This document shows, one piece after another, positions 1 through 7,543 of a stretch of DNA of 13,726 bases. The position numbers were made by a program, and so were the translations under genes. The DNA is from Candidatus Bathyarchaeia archaeon. Lineage in GTDB: Archaea; Thermoproteota; Bathyarchaeia; Bathyarchaeales; Bathycorpusculaceae. Where the stretch lies: assembly GCA_049512935.1 (NCBI GenBank), contig JBEKWR010000033.1:1-13726 (forward strand), read 5' to 3'. The notes beneath the pieces are model-generated. The model worked only from the letters and a program-made list of their open reading frames with translations, did no database searches and was not told the DNA's origin. The stretch's first letter is position 1, and each line of letters begins with the position of its first letter.

Positions 1-334
1 CGACGTTGACATGCACCGAGACGGCGTCTGCTCCAAGTCGTATGGCTTCCTGTACGCTGCACACTTGCACTTTGCCGTTCACGTTCGGGCTCAGATTCGA
101 CATGCCAGACAACATGACAATTAAGCCTACGTCGTCGACATCGGTGTTCTTGGCGATGCCTTTGTGGACAAGGACAGCGTCGACTCCTCCTTTGATGAGG
201 TTGTTGATGGTTTGCTGCATGTTGATTATGCCCTGTATCGGGCCAATCGTGACGCCGTGGTCCATGGGTACAATTACAGTTTTGTTGTCTTGCTTCATGA
301 TTCTTTTGAGTCTTCTATTTTTTCCTTGATTCAT
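1..334 (-). CDS. DhnA-type class I aldolase, probably 2-amino-3,7-dideoxy-D-threo-hept-6-ulosonate (ADH) synthase (MJ0400/AroA' family); 5' part only, runs off the window
   Basis: Not in the ORF track because it has no stop in the window. Hand translation from ATG 334: MNQGKNRRLKRIMKQDNKTVIVPMDHGVTIGPIQG...GVDAVLVHKG...VQEAIRLGADAVSVHVNV. GKxxRL, PMDHG, DAVLxHKG and EAIRLGADAVSVHVN are DhnA/AroA' signatures. RBS AGGTGA at 339-344 overlaps the lysC stop. Confidence 0.88.
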   Translation of the reverse strand, partial: MNQGKNRRLKRIMKQDNKTVIVPMDHGVTIGPIQGIINMQQTINNLIKGGVDAVLVHKGIAKNTDVDDVGLIVMLSGMSNLSPNVNGKVQVCSVQEAIRLGADAVSVHVNV

Positions 335-343
335 GTTTTCACC

Positions 344-1591
344 TTATTTAGCGCTCCTTAAAGAGCTTTTAATTAGCCTGAGGGCTTTTTCACGTTCGCC
401 CCAGTCAATGAATAGCAGGATGCTTGACGTGATGGTTAAGATGCCTGAAATGTTTATGCCGTTCAATCTCAAGTCTTCGCTGATTTTTCCGATGACGCCG
501 TGCGTTTCTTCCAAGCCGACACCGCTTGTCTTTATGAAAACCAAGTCTTTCTTGACAGCCATCGCGATGGTTTCTCTATTGCTCTTTGTGATGTCATGGA
601 TGTTGTTGAAGAGAGCATCCAGGCTTTTCTCTTGAGAAACGTACAGTATGACGCTGTTCGTGTTCATCGACATGCCAAGAAGCAGCGAGTGCAGCTTGGT
701 TTTTTCAATCATTTCCTGAATGATCTGGGGGTTCGCGGAGATGCCGTTTCCTATCACCGTTATCTCAGCCACTGGAAAGGGATGCGCGATTTCCGCGTCA
801 AGCTCAGAGGCTAATCCACCCGTGACCAACGTGCCCTCCTCCGAAATGTTCCCACATGCATGGTTTATTACGCGGACGTTGATGTTTTTGGGCTTGTACT
901 TCAAGGCTTTGCTGTGGATGAACTTGGCTCCTGAATCGGCAAGGCCCACCAAAGTGTTGACGTCGATTTCCTTGAGGCGCTCGACGTTAGAGAGAATCTT
1001 CGGGTCTCCCGACATTATGCCGTCAGCATCTGTTACCAGCACAATTTCGTCTGCTCCCAAAGCCTCAGCTAAAACGAACGCGGTTGTGTCGCTTCCGCCC
1101 CTACCCAGCGTGGTAATTTTCCCGTCTTTGGTTTTGCCCAAAAAACCAGCGACGACGGGGATAACGCCTTTTTCCATTAGCGGCAGCACGCATTCGCGGA
1201 TGTTTTTTTCGCAGTCCTTAAGGAGCGGGTTGGCGTTCTGGAAGGCTGAGTCGGTTATTATTGGCCAGTTGCTGTCGATGGGGTCGAAGTAGCAGGATTC
1301 AGCTCCGTTGGTCTTCAGCGCCGCCGAAAAGATTCTGATGCTGGTCCGCTCGCCCATCGAGAGGATATCATCCAAATCTTTCTTCTCCAGTTTCCCGTTG
1401 GAAGCGCCTTTCGCCGTCGTCATGAGGACATCTGTTGTTTTACCCATTGCGGACACTACAACGGCGACATGCGTTCCTTTCTTGGCTTCGTTTACCACGG
1501 CAACCACAGCTTTCAGGAGCCTCTCGTGGTCCGCTAGGCTAGAACCGCCGAACTTAACCACAATTGTTTTGTTAGAGCAAGTTTTTTCCAT
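344..1591 (-). CDS. lysC: Aspartate kinase (amino-acid kinase domain plus ACT domains)
   Basis: VKFGGSS, VVVSAMGKTTD, GE, GFLG, TLGRGGSDTTA and TDADGIMSGDPK motifs; ACT-like C-terminus (GVIGKISEDLRLNGINI); GGGTG RBS upstream. Confidence 0.95.
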   Translation of the reverse strand: MEKTCSNKTIVVKFGGSSLADHERLLKAVVAVVNEAKKGTHVAVVVSAMGKTTDVLMTTAKGASNGKLEKKDLDDILSMGERTSIRIFSAALKTNGAESCYFDPIDSNWPIITDSAFQNANPLLKDCEKNIRECVLPLMEKGVIPVVAGFLGKTKDGKITTLGRGGSDTTAFVLAEALGADEIVLVTDADGIMSGDPKILSNVERLKEIDVNTLVGLADSGAKFIHSKALKYKPKNINVRVINHACGNISEEGTLVTGGLASELDAEIAHPFPVAEITVIGNGISANPQIIQEMIEKTKLHSLLLGMSMNTNSVILYVSQEKSLDALFNNIHDITKSNRETIAMAVKKDLVFIKTSGVGLEETHGVIGKISEDLRLNGINISGILTITSSILLFIDWGEREKALRLIKSSLRSAK

Positions 1592-1605
1592 TTGTTACAC
1601 CCGTG

Positions 1606-1830
1606 CCTTGCCCAGAACCGCGCTAAAAAAATTTTTCAGTTCTGGGCTTAAGGAAAATAACTATAATAAAAGTAGTCGAAGCTCTGGAACCATGATGCAA
1701 CGTTTTCTTTCTTGCTTGCCAATTTAGACATTGAAGCTTCGAACCTTGCCCAAAGAGTCATTGACTAAAAAATATAAGGCTTTCGGCGTTTTGAAGAGTA
1801 ATCACGTTTTAGAACTGGCTTTCAAAGCCA
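1606..1830. promoter_or_regulatory. Divergent promoter region (lysC / IMPase) with palindromic candidate operators
   Basis: Minus-strand TTTTATTATA at 1671-1662. Inverted repeat GCCCAGAAC (1610-1618)/GTTCTGGGC (1639-1647). Palindromes AGTCA-T-TGACT (1756-1766) and TGGCTTT-C-AAAGCCA (1816-1830). Confidence 0.45.
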
Positions 1831-1945
1831 AAATAACACGCATGGTTAACGTGGCAATGTATCAACCTCAGATTAAAAGTGCATGTTCTTGCGCATTGCA
1901 TTTATCAACCTGTCCCGGATAATAACAAAAGAGGATGACCCGTCA

Positions 1946-2779
1946 ATGAAAGAGCAAAAACGAAGCAGCTGGCAAGAAATCCTTATCGAATGCAAAAGCA
2001 ACGTGCGAGCCAGCATTCAACCCTGCGTCGCAAGTATCCGTGAACCACAGCCTAACTTGGGCTTGGGCGCAGGCGGCGACGCCATGAAGCCGATGGATTT
2101 AGCTGCTGAAAACGCAATCGTGGAAACCTTGAAGAAACATGGCGTTTCGTTCACCCTGGTCAGTGAAGAGTCAGGAGTAAAAGACTTCGGAGCCTCGCCC
2201 CGAGAGTGTTATGTGACGGTTGACCCGATTGATGGAAGCACAAACTTCATGCATGGCTTGCCCTTCTACGCTTGCTCCATTGCCGTTTCAGACAAGCCTT
2301 GGCTCATGGACGTTTACGCTGGCATGGTCGCCGACCTCTATCACGACGTAACCTACACCGCGTTCAGGGGCGAAGGCGCGTTTCGGGACGGAGGGAAGAT
2401 TGAGCCGTCGAAGAACGTTTCGTTGGAGGATGCTTTGATAGGGTTAGATTTGAACACTTACAAGGTTAAGGAGGTCGCGCCACGGGTCACCGACCTTATC
2501 GAGAAGACTAAGCATATACGCCATTTCGGCGCCAACGCCCTGGAGCTCTGCTACGTGGCTGACGGGTCGTCTGACGCGTTTGTTGACCTGCGTGGAAAAC
2601 TCAGAACCACGGACGTCGCGGGGGCCTTTCTCATCATCAAAGAGGCAGGCGGATTGGTGACAACGCTGGACAATCAAGCGGTAAACGTCGAGTTAGACCC
2701 CAAACGCACGGTGAGTTTCATCGCTTCAGGCAACGTGCAGATTCACGAAAAAATCTTAAGCCTGGTTAAACGCCCATGA
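1946..2779 (+). CDS. suhB: Bifunctional fructose-1,6-bisphosphatase / inositol-1-monophosphatase (archaeal IMPase/FIG family)
   Basis: Metal-binding motifs SEE and DPIDGSTNF, plus RHFGANALEL and RTTDVAGA. Start moved from 1883 to ATG 1946 because GAGGATGA lies just upstream. Confidence 0.9.
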   Translation: MKEQKRSSWQEILIECKSNVRASIQPCVASIREPQPNLGLGAGGDAMKPMDLAAENAIVETLKKHGVSFTLVSEESGVKDFGASPRECYVTVDPIDGSTNFMHGLPFYACSIAVSDKPWLMDVYAGMVADLYHDVTYTAFRGEGAFRDGGKIEPSKNVSLEDALIGLDLNTYKVKEVAPRVTDLIEKTKHIRHFGANALELCYVADGSSDAFVDLRGKLRTTDVAGAFLIIKEAGGLVTTLDNQAVNVELDPKRTVSFIASGNVQIHEKILSLVKRP

Positions 2780-3618
2780 TAAGCCTGCTTTGGCCCAGCC
2801 CCGCGGCGATGGTGAAGACAGGAAAAACCAAAACGCTGCTCATCGCTGACCCGCATATAGGCTGGGAGATGCAGCTTCAGGAAAAAGGCATTCACGTGCC
2901 TAGCCAGACGCCTAAACTTCTTAACAAGCTGACGGCGATCGTTGACGAGTACAAGCCGCAGCGGCTGGTCATCGTCGGCGATGTTAAGTACACGGTTGTC
3001 TCAAGTGAGCTGGGCGAGTGGCATGACGTACCCGACTTCTTCGCCAAACTGCAAAGCCATGTAGGTGAAATAGCGGTCATACGCGGAAACCACGACGCAA
3101 ACATCGAGCCTCTTCTACCCGAAAAAGTCGAGCTTCTGCCAGCCACGGGGGTCGCGATTGGCGATGTGGGCGTTTTTCACGGGCACAAGTGGCCTTCGCC
3201 TGCGTTGCTTGGCTGCAAAACCCTGGTCATGGGGCACTTGCACCCCGCAGTTGTTTTCCGTGACCCAATCGGCTTCAAGATTACGAGGCAGGTGTGGATG
3301 AGAGCAAAACTCGATGCGGAAGCCTTAGCGAAGATTCTTCTGCAGAAGCACAGGGTAAAAATCGAGGGCACAGCTGCCGAAACGCTGTGGAAGCACTATG
3401 GGGTTAAGCCTGAGGCGAGGGAGATTTTGATTATGCCCAGCTTCAATGATTTTCTCGGTGGCAGACCCGTAAACGAAACTAGGCCCAGAAAAGAAATCGG
3501 CGCTGAAGCGCTTATCGGACCAGTGCTGCGTTCAGAAGCCGTCGACGTGGACGACGCGGAGCTTTTCTTGTTGGACGGAACTTACCTCGGCACCTTGAAT
3601 CAGTTGAGAAGCCTGTAA
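2776..3618 (+). CDS. Calcineurin-like metallophosphoesterase (ICC-like, COG1407-type)
   Basis: Five-motif signature ADPH, GDVK, GNHD, HGH, GHLHP plus IMPSFN; ATGA overlap (2776-2779) with the IMPase stop. Confidence 0.88.
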   Translation: MISLLWPSPAAMVKTGKTKTLLIADPHIGWEMQLQEKGIHVPSQTPKLLNKLTAIVDEYKPQRLVIVGDVKYTVVSSELGEWHDVPDFFAKLQSHVGEIAVIRGNHDANIEPLLPEKVELLPATGVAIGDVGVFHGHKWPSPALLGCKTLVMGHLHPAVVFRDPIGFKITRQVWMRAKLDAEALAKILLQKHRVKIEGTAAETLWKHYGVKPEAREILIMPSFNDFLGGRPVNETRPRKEIGAEALIGPVLRSEAVDVDDAELFLLDGTYLGTLNQLRSL

Positions 3619-3640
3619 ATCAGTCAGGGTTTGCTGGTTA

Positions 3641-3689
3641 ACTCTTATATTTATGGCATGTTATAAGCATGATATAGTTTGAGGGAGGA
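3641..3689 (+). promoter_or_regulatory. Promoter, candidate autoregulatory operator and RBS of the RHH gene
   Basis: TTATATTTA at 3645-3653; direct repeats GCATGTTATA (3656-3665) and GCATGATATA (3667-3676) with an 11-bp period; RBS GAGGGAGGA at 3681-3689. Confidence 0.55.
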
Positions 3690-3698
3690 ACCACAAAA

Positions 3699-3854
3699 GT
3701 GAAACTTGTAACCGTCTTGTTGCCAGAAGCGTATCTGGAAGGTTTAGATGAACTCGTCCGAGCAAACATGTACCCGAGCAGAAGCAGCGTCATAAGATCA
3801 GCGGTGCGTGACCTGCTAAAGAAGGAGCTTTGGGAGAACAAACGCGGAAGATAA
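3699..3854 (+). CDS. Ribbon-helix-helix (CopG/Arc/MetJ) transcriptional regulator, CdrS-like, 51 aa
   Basis: Not in the ORF track. GTG 3699 to TAA 3854 gives MKLVTVLLPEAYLEGLDELVRANMYPSRSSVIRSAVRDLLKKELWENKRGR: an alternating beta-strand, LDELV helix and YPSRSxxIRxAVRDLL helix. Strong RBS upstream. Confidence 0.92.
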   Translation: MKLVTVLLPEAYLEGLDELVRANMYPSRSSVIRSAVRDLLKKELWENKRGR

Positions 3855-3860
3855 AACCGC

Positions 3861-4628
3861 CTAGACCCTTTTTATCGAGTCCCGAAGACGGCTTGCCGCT
3901 TTGGCTGGGTCAGTGGCTAAAGTGATTTCTCGTCCGATAATGAGGTAGTCCGCACCCGACTTAATCGCCTCTTCAGCAGCTCCACCCTGCGCGCCTACGC
4001 CTGGAGAGTAAATTGGAACTTTTCTTCCAACTACCTGTTTTACTTCACAGATTTTCTCCGGGAAAGTCGCGCCGACCACTACTCCGTCAGCGCCGTACCT
4101 GAGGGCTTTTTTAGCAAAGGAAATGTACTGAAGTGTTCTCTCTCCTGTTTCCGAGTCAATTATGGTTTGGCCGTAGCCTTCAGCCGCGCCTTTATGGCTC
4201 ATGTAGCAGAGAAGGATAATTCCTCGATTGAGCCGCGTGGAAACTTCAAAGAGCGGTTTTAAGCCTTCTTCCCAACCGATGAAGGGGTTAGCGATTATGG
4301 CGTCAAAACCCGCCGCATAGTAGTACTGTGCTATTGTCTGGTTGGTGGCTCCTATGTCGTTGACTTTCGCGTCCATGATCGCGAGCAGCCCCTGCCCGCG
4401 GATTTGCTCCACCAACTGCTGCACACCGTCGAATGTGCCAAGCGGCAGGACAAGATGGTGGTTTATCTTGACCGCGCAGATGTAGGGGTGGACTGCCTTG
4501 AGTACGCTTTGGGCTTTAGATAGAATTTTGCTTCGGTTCTCTTCCGCTTCAAAAGGGAAATCCAAGGCTAAAACGATCCTTGACTTCTTGCTCTCGGCTG
4601 CCTCCACCATTTTCTCTTTAAACGACAA
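3861..4628 (-). CDS. pyrF: Orotidine-5'-phosphate decarboxylase
   Basis: IVLALD, catalytic DAKVNDIGAT (DxKxxDIxxT), VVGAT, SPGVGAQGG, GADYLIIGREI. TTG start at 4628 (alternative ATG at 4610). Confidence 0.96.
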   Translation of the reverse strand: MSFKEKMVEAAESKKSRIVLALDFPFEAEENRSKILSKAQSVLKAVHPYICAVKINHHLVLPLGTFDGVQQLVEQIRGQGLLAIMDAKVNDIGATNQTIAQYYYAAGFDAIIANPFIGWEEGLKPLFEVSTRLNRGIILLCYMSHKGAAEGYGQTIIDSETGERTLQYISFAKKALRYGADGVVVGATFPEKICEVKQVVGRKVPIYSPGVGAQGGAAEEAIKSGADYLIIGREITLATDPAKAASRLRDSIKRV

Positions 4629-4849
4629 CTCGCGCGCCTCGCTTATCCATTTGAACGCTTAGCTATTTCATTTTTTCGCCTCTTTTGCGCAATTGCATCT
4701 TGCAAACCCTTTTTCACCATAATCAGCGGCTGAGCATAAGGGCTAGTTCTTTCGGTTTGCTTGGAAAACTATTGTGTCATCATCATCAACAACAAGCTCA
4801 AAACCGTCTTGAAACCAACTTTTACAATCAAAGCTACCTGTTGATACTG

Positions 4850-5085
4850 TATGTGTCGCCTGTAGAAGCGACTGTTCGGCTCAATTATCTTACCCGGACG
4901 GGTGGGCTGTACAAGCAAACGCAAACTGAGGGTAGACGTTAACAAGGTTCTGAGGTATTTCGGCTCAGGAGTTAAAGCCCTCAGCATTCTAAAACGAGGA
5001 ACCATAGCGAACATGGGAATAGGGACAGCTCAACAACAGCCATTTTCCCACCTGACGAGTCAACAAGAGTTTTTCTGCGTGGGCA
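4850..5085 (+). ncRNA. Candidate structured non-coding RNA (unassigned)
   Basis: Several hairpins with G-U pairs that work on the + strand, including a long interrupted stem at 4926-4984. Possible promoter GAAACCAAC-TTTTACAA at 4811-4827. No convincing ORF and no known family recognised. Confidence 0.3.
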
Positions 5086-5167
5086 AGGAAGAGAAAAACA
5101 TGGTTAAAGTAGGCGGAACGCTGGCTGCTATAAAGGTAAAGGAGATAAGATAAGTTTGAAAGGCGAT

Positions 5168-5866
5168 TTAAACGTTCCAAACTGTTGAGTATGTAAGGGT
5201 ATAAATAACCTCAAGTTCTAGCGCTGGGTTATTGTATTCTTGTATTTCGCTAAAGCTAGTGAGCATACCTGTTTGCCTGTCGAACCAAACTTGATCGTAT
5301 AAGTAACGCTCTGTGCTTTGTGTCGGGTCAAGTTGGTAAGCCTCAGTAGTGCTTGCCCAGTAGTAGACGGTGTCTCTGGCGCCGCTATCATATGATTGAG
5401 TAAGTGTTGCATTAACGGGAACCGTATAGTTCATTTTAGGATAAATCGGGTCATTTACTTTAAGGTTAGAAGGGTAAAGAAAAGAAAACCCGTTTTCATC
5501 GCTCATCACTCCGTTGGATAAGTCGATTGTTTGTTGCTGCGAGATGTCTGTGCCGTTTACGAATACCCAATCTGTTTTAAGCGTGACTGAATCGCCCTGG
5601 ATACCTGTTACAGTAACATTGTAGTATTGGGTATCATTAAGTTGGTAAAAGCCTGGATAATCTAAATTAGAAACAGGGCCTGAAGAACTGCCAGTTATGC
5701 TGTAGGTGAAGGTGTCTCCAACCTTAACGCCTACTATGCCTCCACTAGCAGAAGATTTCCTTGCAACTACGTAGACTGTAGCGGCAATTGCAACGGCAAG
5801 TATAGCCACGAGGGCGATGGCGATAACTAACTTCTTGGTTGAACCCCTCTTCTTTTTATACTGCAT
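5168..5866 (-). CDS. Hypothetical exported/membrane-anchored protein, probably glycosylated
   Basis: Basic N-terminus (KKKRGSTKK) followed by a ~21-aa hydrophobic helix. Beta-rich Thr/Ser/Tyr/Asn body beginning GVKVGDTFTY and ending WFDRQTGML. Five N-X-T sequons (NDT, NVT, NGT, NYT, NAT). Confidence 0.8.
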   Translation of the reverse strand: MQYKKKRGSTKKLVIAIALVAILAVAIAATVYVVARKSSASGGIVGVKVGDTFTYSITGSSSGPVSNLDYPGFYQLNDTQYYNVTVTGIQGDSVTLKTDWVFVNGTDISQQQTIDLSNGVMSDENGFSFLYPSNLKVNDPIYPKMNYTVPVNATLTQSYDSGARDTVYYWASTTEAYQLDPTQSTERYLYDQVWFDRQTGMLTSFSEIQEYNNPALELEVIYTLTYSTVWNV

Positions 5867-6029
5867 GCCTAAGAAGTGTGAAGGTCAGGTATTTAGTTTT
5901 TTTCCTAAAAGTCATCAACAAGCCAAAGTAGCATCGTTAGCAAAAAAAGCCGAAGTTGCGTTTAAGGGCGGGCGTAATTGAGGTAAATTTAAGAGAAAGC
6001 AGCATTATTTAGAGAGTCGGTGGAAAAGA

Positions 6030-7106
6030 TTGTATTGTCATAATTGTGGTGCTCAACTTCCAGATGACTCGGCGTTCTGCACCAAATGCGGAACAAGCAC
6101 GGGGTTAAACGCGGTTAAGCCGACTTCAACCTCGACAGGACCCATCCTTGCTCCTTCAGGAGTGCAATCCCTTAAATGTCCCAGTTGCGGAGCGCCGATC
6201 GCGCCTAAGTTCGGAGAAATGGTCATAACCTGCGAGTACTGCGGCACAGGAGTCACTCTTGGAAGCCAAGGTTGGACTAACATTCAGAAGCAGACAATGC
6301 TCTCGTTGAAGGTCGCCACCGAAGACCAAGTGAACGCGATAATCGTTCCAATGATGGACAAGGGTCTTTTACATAGGCATCTCCACGAGGACTCCAAACA
6401 AGAGGAAATGAGCCTCACCTACGTGCCTTACTGGATTGTAAGCGTTTCAGCAAGAACCAGCGTCGTCGCCACAAATGAAACTGCACAGATTGCGCAAACC
6501 GCAACAACCGCCGCGTTGATGGGCGTCATATTCGGCGGCATGGGTGGCGGTTATGGAGGAGGCGGAGGAAGACGAGGCGGTTTTGGGGGGAGGCGTGCTT
6601 TTGAAGGAGGATTTGGAGGAAGCAACCCGTTTGCCGGCATTCTCGGGTTGAAGCGGATAAGAATAATGGCTTGGGGCATGGGAATGGGGTACGGGGGCTA
6701 CGGTGGAGGAAATAGAAATGCTCAGCAGATGGACGAGAACTATAATTTTCCAGTTATTGCACTGAAGGCTCTTACGGACTTTCAGCCGCGTGACTACCAA
6801 TTCAACCTCGAAGGCAGAGAACTGTTTGACATTTCAAAACTGCCAAAAGGAGTAAAGATCCTAAACGGAGACATCAGTGAGGACGTTGCTAAATCTCAAG
6901 CAAAGACTCTTGTCGATCAGCTTCAATCGCAAAAAGCACACGCAAAATACCACATGATCCAGTCGATACACACGGATTCCGACGTTGGAGATGTCGAGTT
7001 GCTTCACGTTCCAGTGTGGTTCTCAAAGTTCGACCACAAGGGAAACAAAATCGTGCTGGTTATCGACGCCAACTCCGGCAGCGTAATCAACAGCTTCGGC
7101 CTCTAA
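6030..7106 (+). CDS. Double zinc-ribbon protein, YdjG-like, with a Gly/RGG-rich low-complexity insert
   Basis: CHNC-x10-CTKC and CPSC-x14-CEYC ribbons, YVPYW, and C-terminal LLHVPVW...IDANSG. TTG start with GGTGG RBS (6019-6023) and AAATTTAAG TATA-like box near 5985-5993. Family assignment is from motif memory. Confidence 0.75.
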   Translation: MYCHNCGAQLPDDSAFCTKCGTSTGLNAVKPTSTSTGPILAPSGVQSLKCPSCGAPIAPKFGEMVITCEYCGTGVTLGSQGWTNIQKQTMLSLKVATEDQVNAIIVPMMDKGLLHRHLHEDSKQEEMSLTYVPYWIVSVSARTSVVATNETAQIAQTATTAALMGVIFGGMGGGYGGGGGRRGGFGGRRAFEGGFGGSNPFAGILGLKRIRIMAWGMGMGYGGYGGGNRNAQQMDENYNFPVIALKALTDFQPRDYQFNLEGRELFDISKLPKGVKILNGDISEDVAKSQAKTLVDQLQSQKAHAKYHMIQSIHTDSDVGDVELLHVPVWFSKFDHKGNKIVLVIDANSGSVINSFGL

Positions 7107-7480
7107 ATTCACGTCAAAGTCTTCTGAAAACCTACAGGGAAGAATACGACTGTGACATGCCCGCCGTGATAAGAGACGCCTGAGAAGGCAAGTTCGCCGT
7201 AGCGCTACCCATCAGAGGAAACAGCAAAATAGTAGCCTAAGACGAATCAATCTAAACCTAAAATGGCGTCTGCCACGTTTCTGTCTTTTCTCTAACCCAA
7301 AAATTGACTCGCCACTTGATTGATTGGAAGCCGCCCTCGTTCGATCCGTCTAGCGCTCATTCTTCACGCGACCGATTACGTTCAGAATAGAGAAGAGAAA
7401 GAAGACTTTAACCAATTAAGACAAGCGCAAAATCCACAACAGCAAGGAACCAACTAATTCCTAACTGCTCGCCAAACAGC

Positions 7481-7530
7481 ACAAAAAAAACGGCGGAAAC
7501 AACTAAAACAAAAATAAGTCTAAAAAAATA
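7481..7530 (-). terminator. Oligo-U terminator region of the proteasome/exosome operon
   Basis: Runs of T7, T5 and T8 on the minus strand immediately after the rpl37ae stop. Confidence 0.55.
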
Positions 7531-7543
7531 ATATTAGGGAAGT

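Noticed and set aside
6-1727. Plus-strand ORFs 6-329, 164-361, 333-635, 500-814, 720-1292 and 1308-1727
   Set aside because: Antisense shadows of the aldolase and lysC genes; no motifs.
1731-1922. 63-aa ORF in the divergent promoter region
   Set aside because: TTG start with no RBS, no recognisable motif, and it overlaps promoter-like elements.
2444-3841. Minus-strand ORFs 2444-2677, 2892-3146, 3177-3371 and 3638-3841
   Set aside because: Antisense to the IMPase, phosphoesterase and RHH genes.
4723-4783. Possible minus-strand C/D box sRNA (ATGATGA ... CTGA)
   Set aside because: Box C lies within a GAT trinucleotide run, the 50-nt spacing is long, there are no clear C'/D' boxes, and I could not identify a target.
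5052-5075. Hammerhead-like CTGACGAG core
   Set aside because: No GAAA after a stem II, so the catalytic core is incomplete.
4685-5180. Four short overlapping ORFs (4685-4942, 4769-5014, 4902-5153, 4989-5180)
   Set aside because: Mutually overlapping, with weak starts and no family motifs. A decayed gene cannot be excluded but is unsupported.
5765-5866. Class III (prepilin) signal peptide at KKRG
   Set aside because: The Gly is followed by STKK rather than a hydrophobic run, and there is no +5 Glu; it fits a Sec signal or anchor better.
7178-7240. Selenocysteine readthrough at TGA 7181
   Set aside because: No start or RBS, no redox motif context and no recognisable archaeal SECIS.
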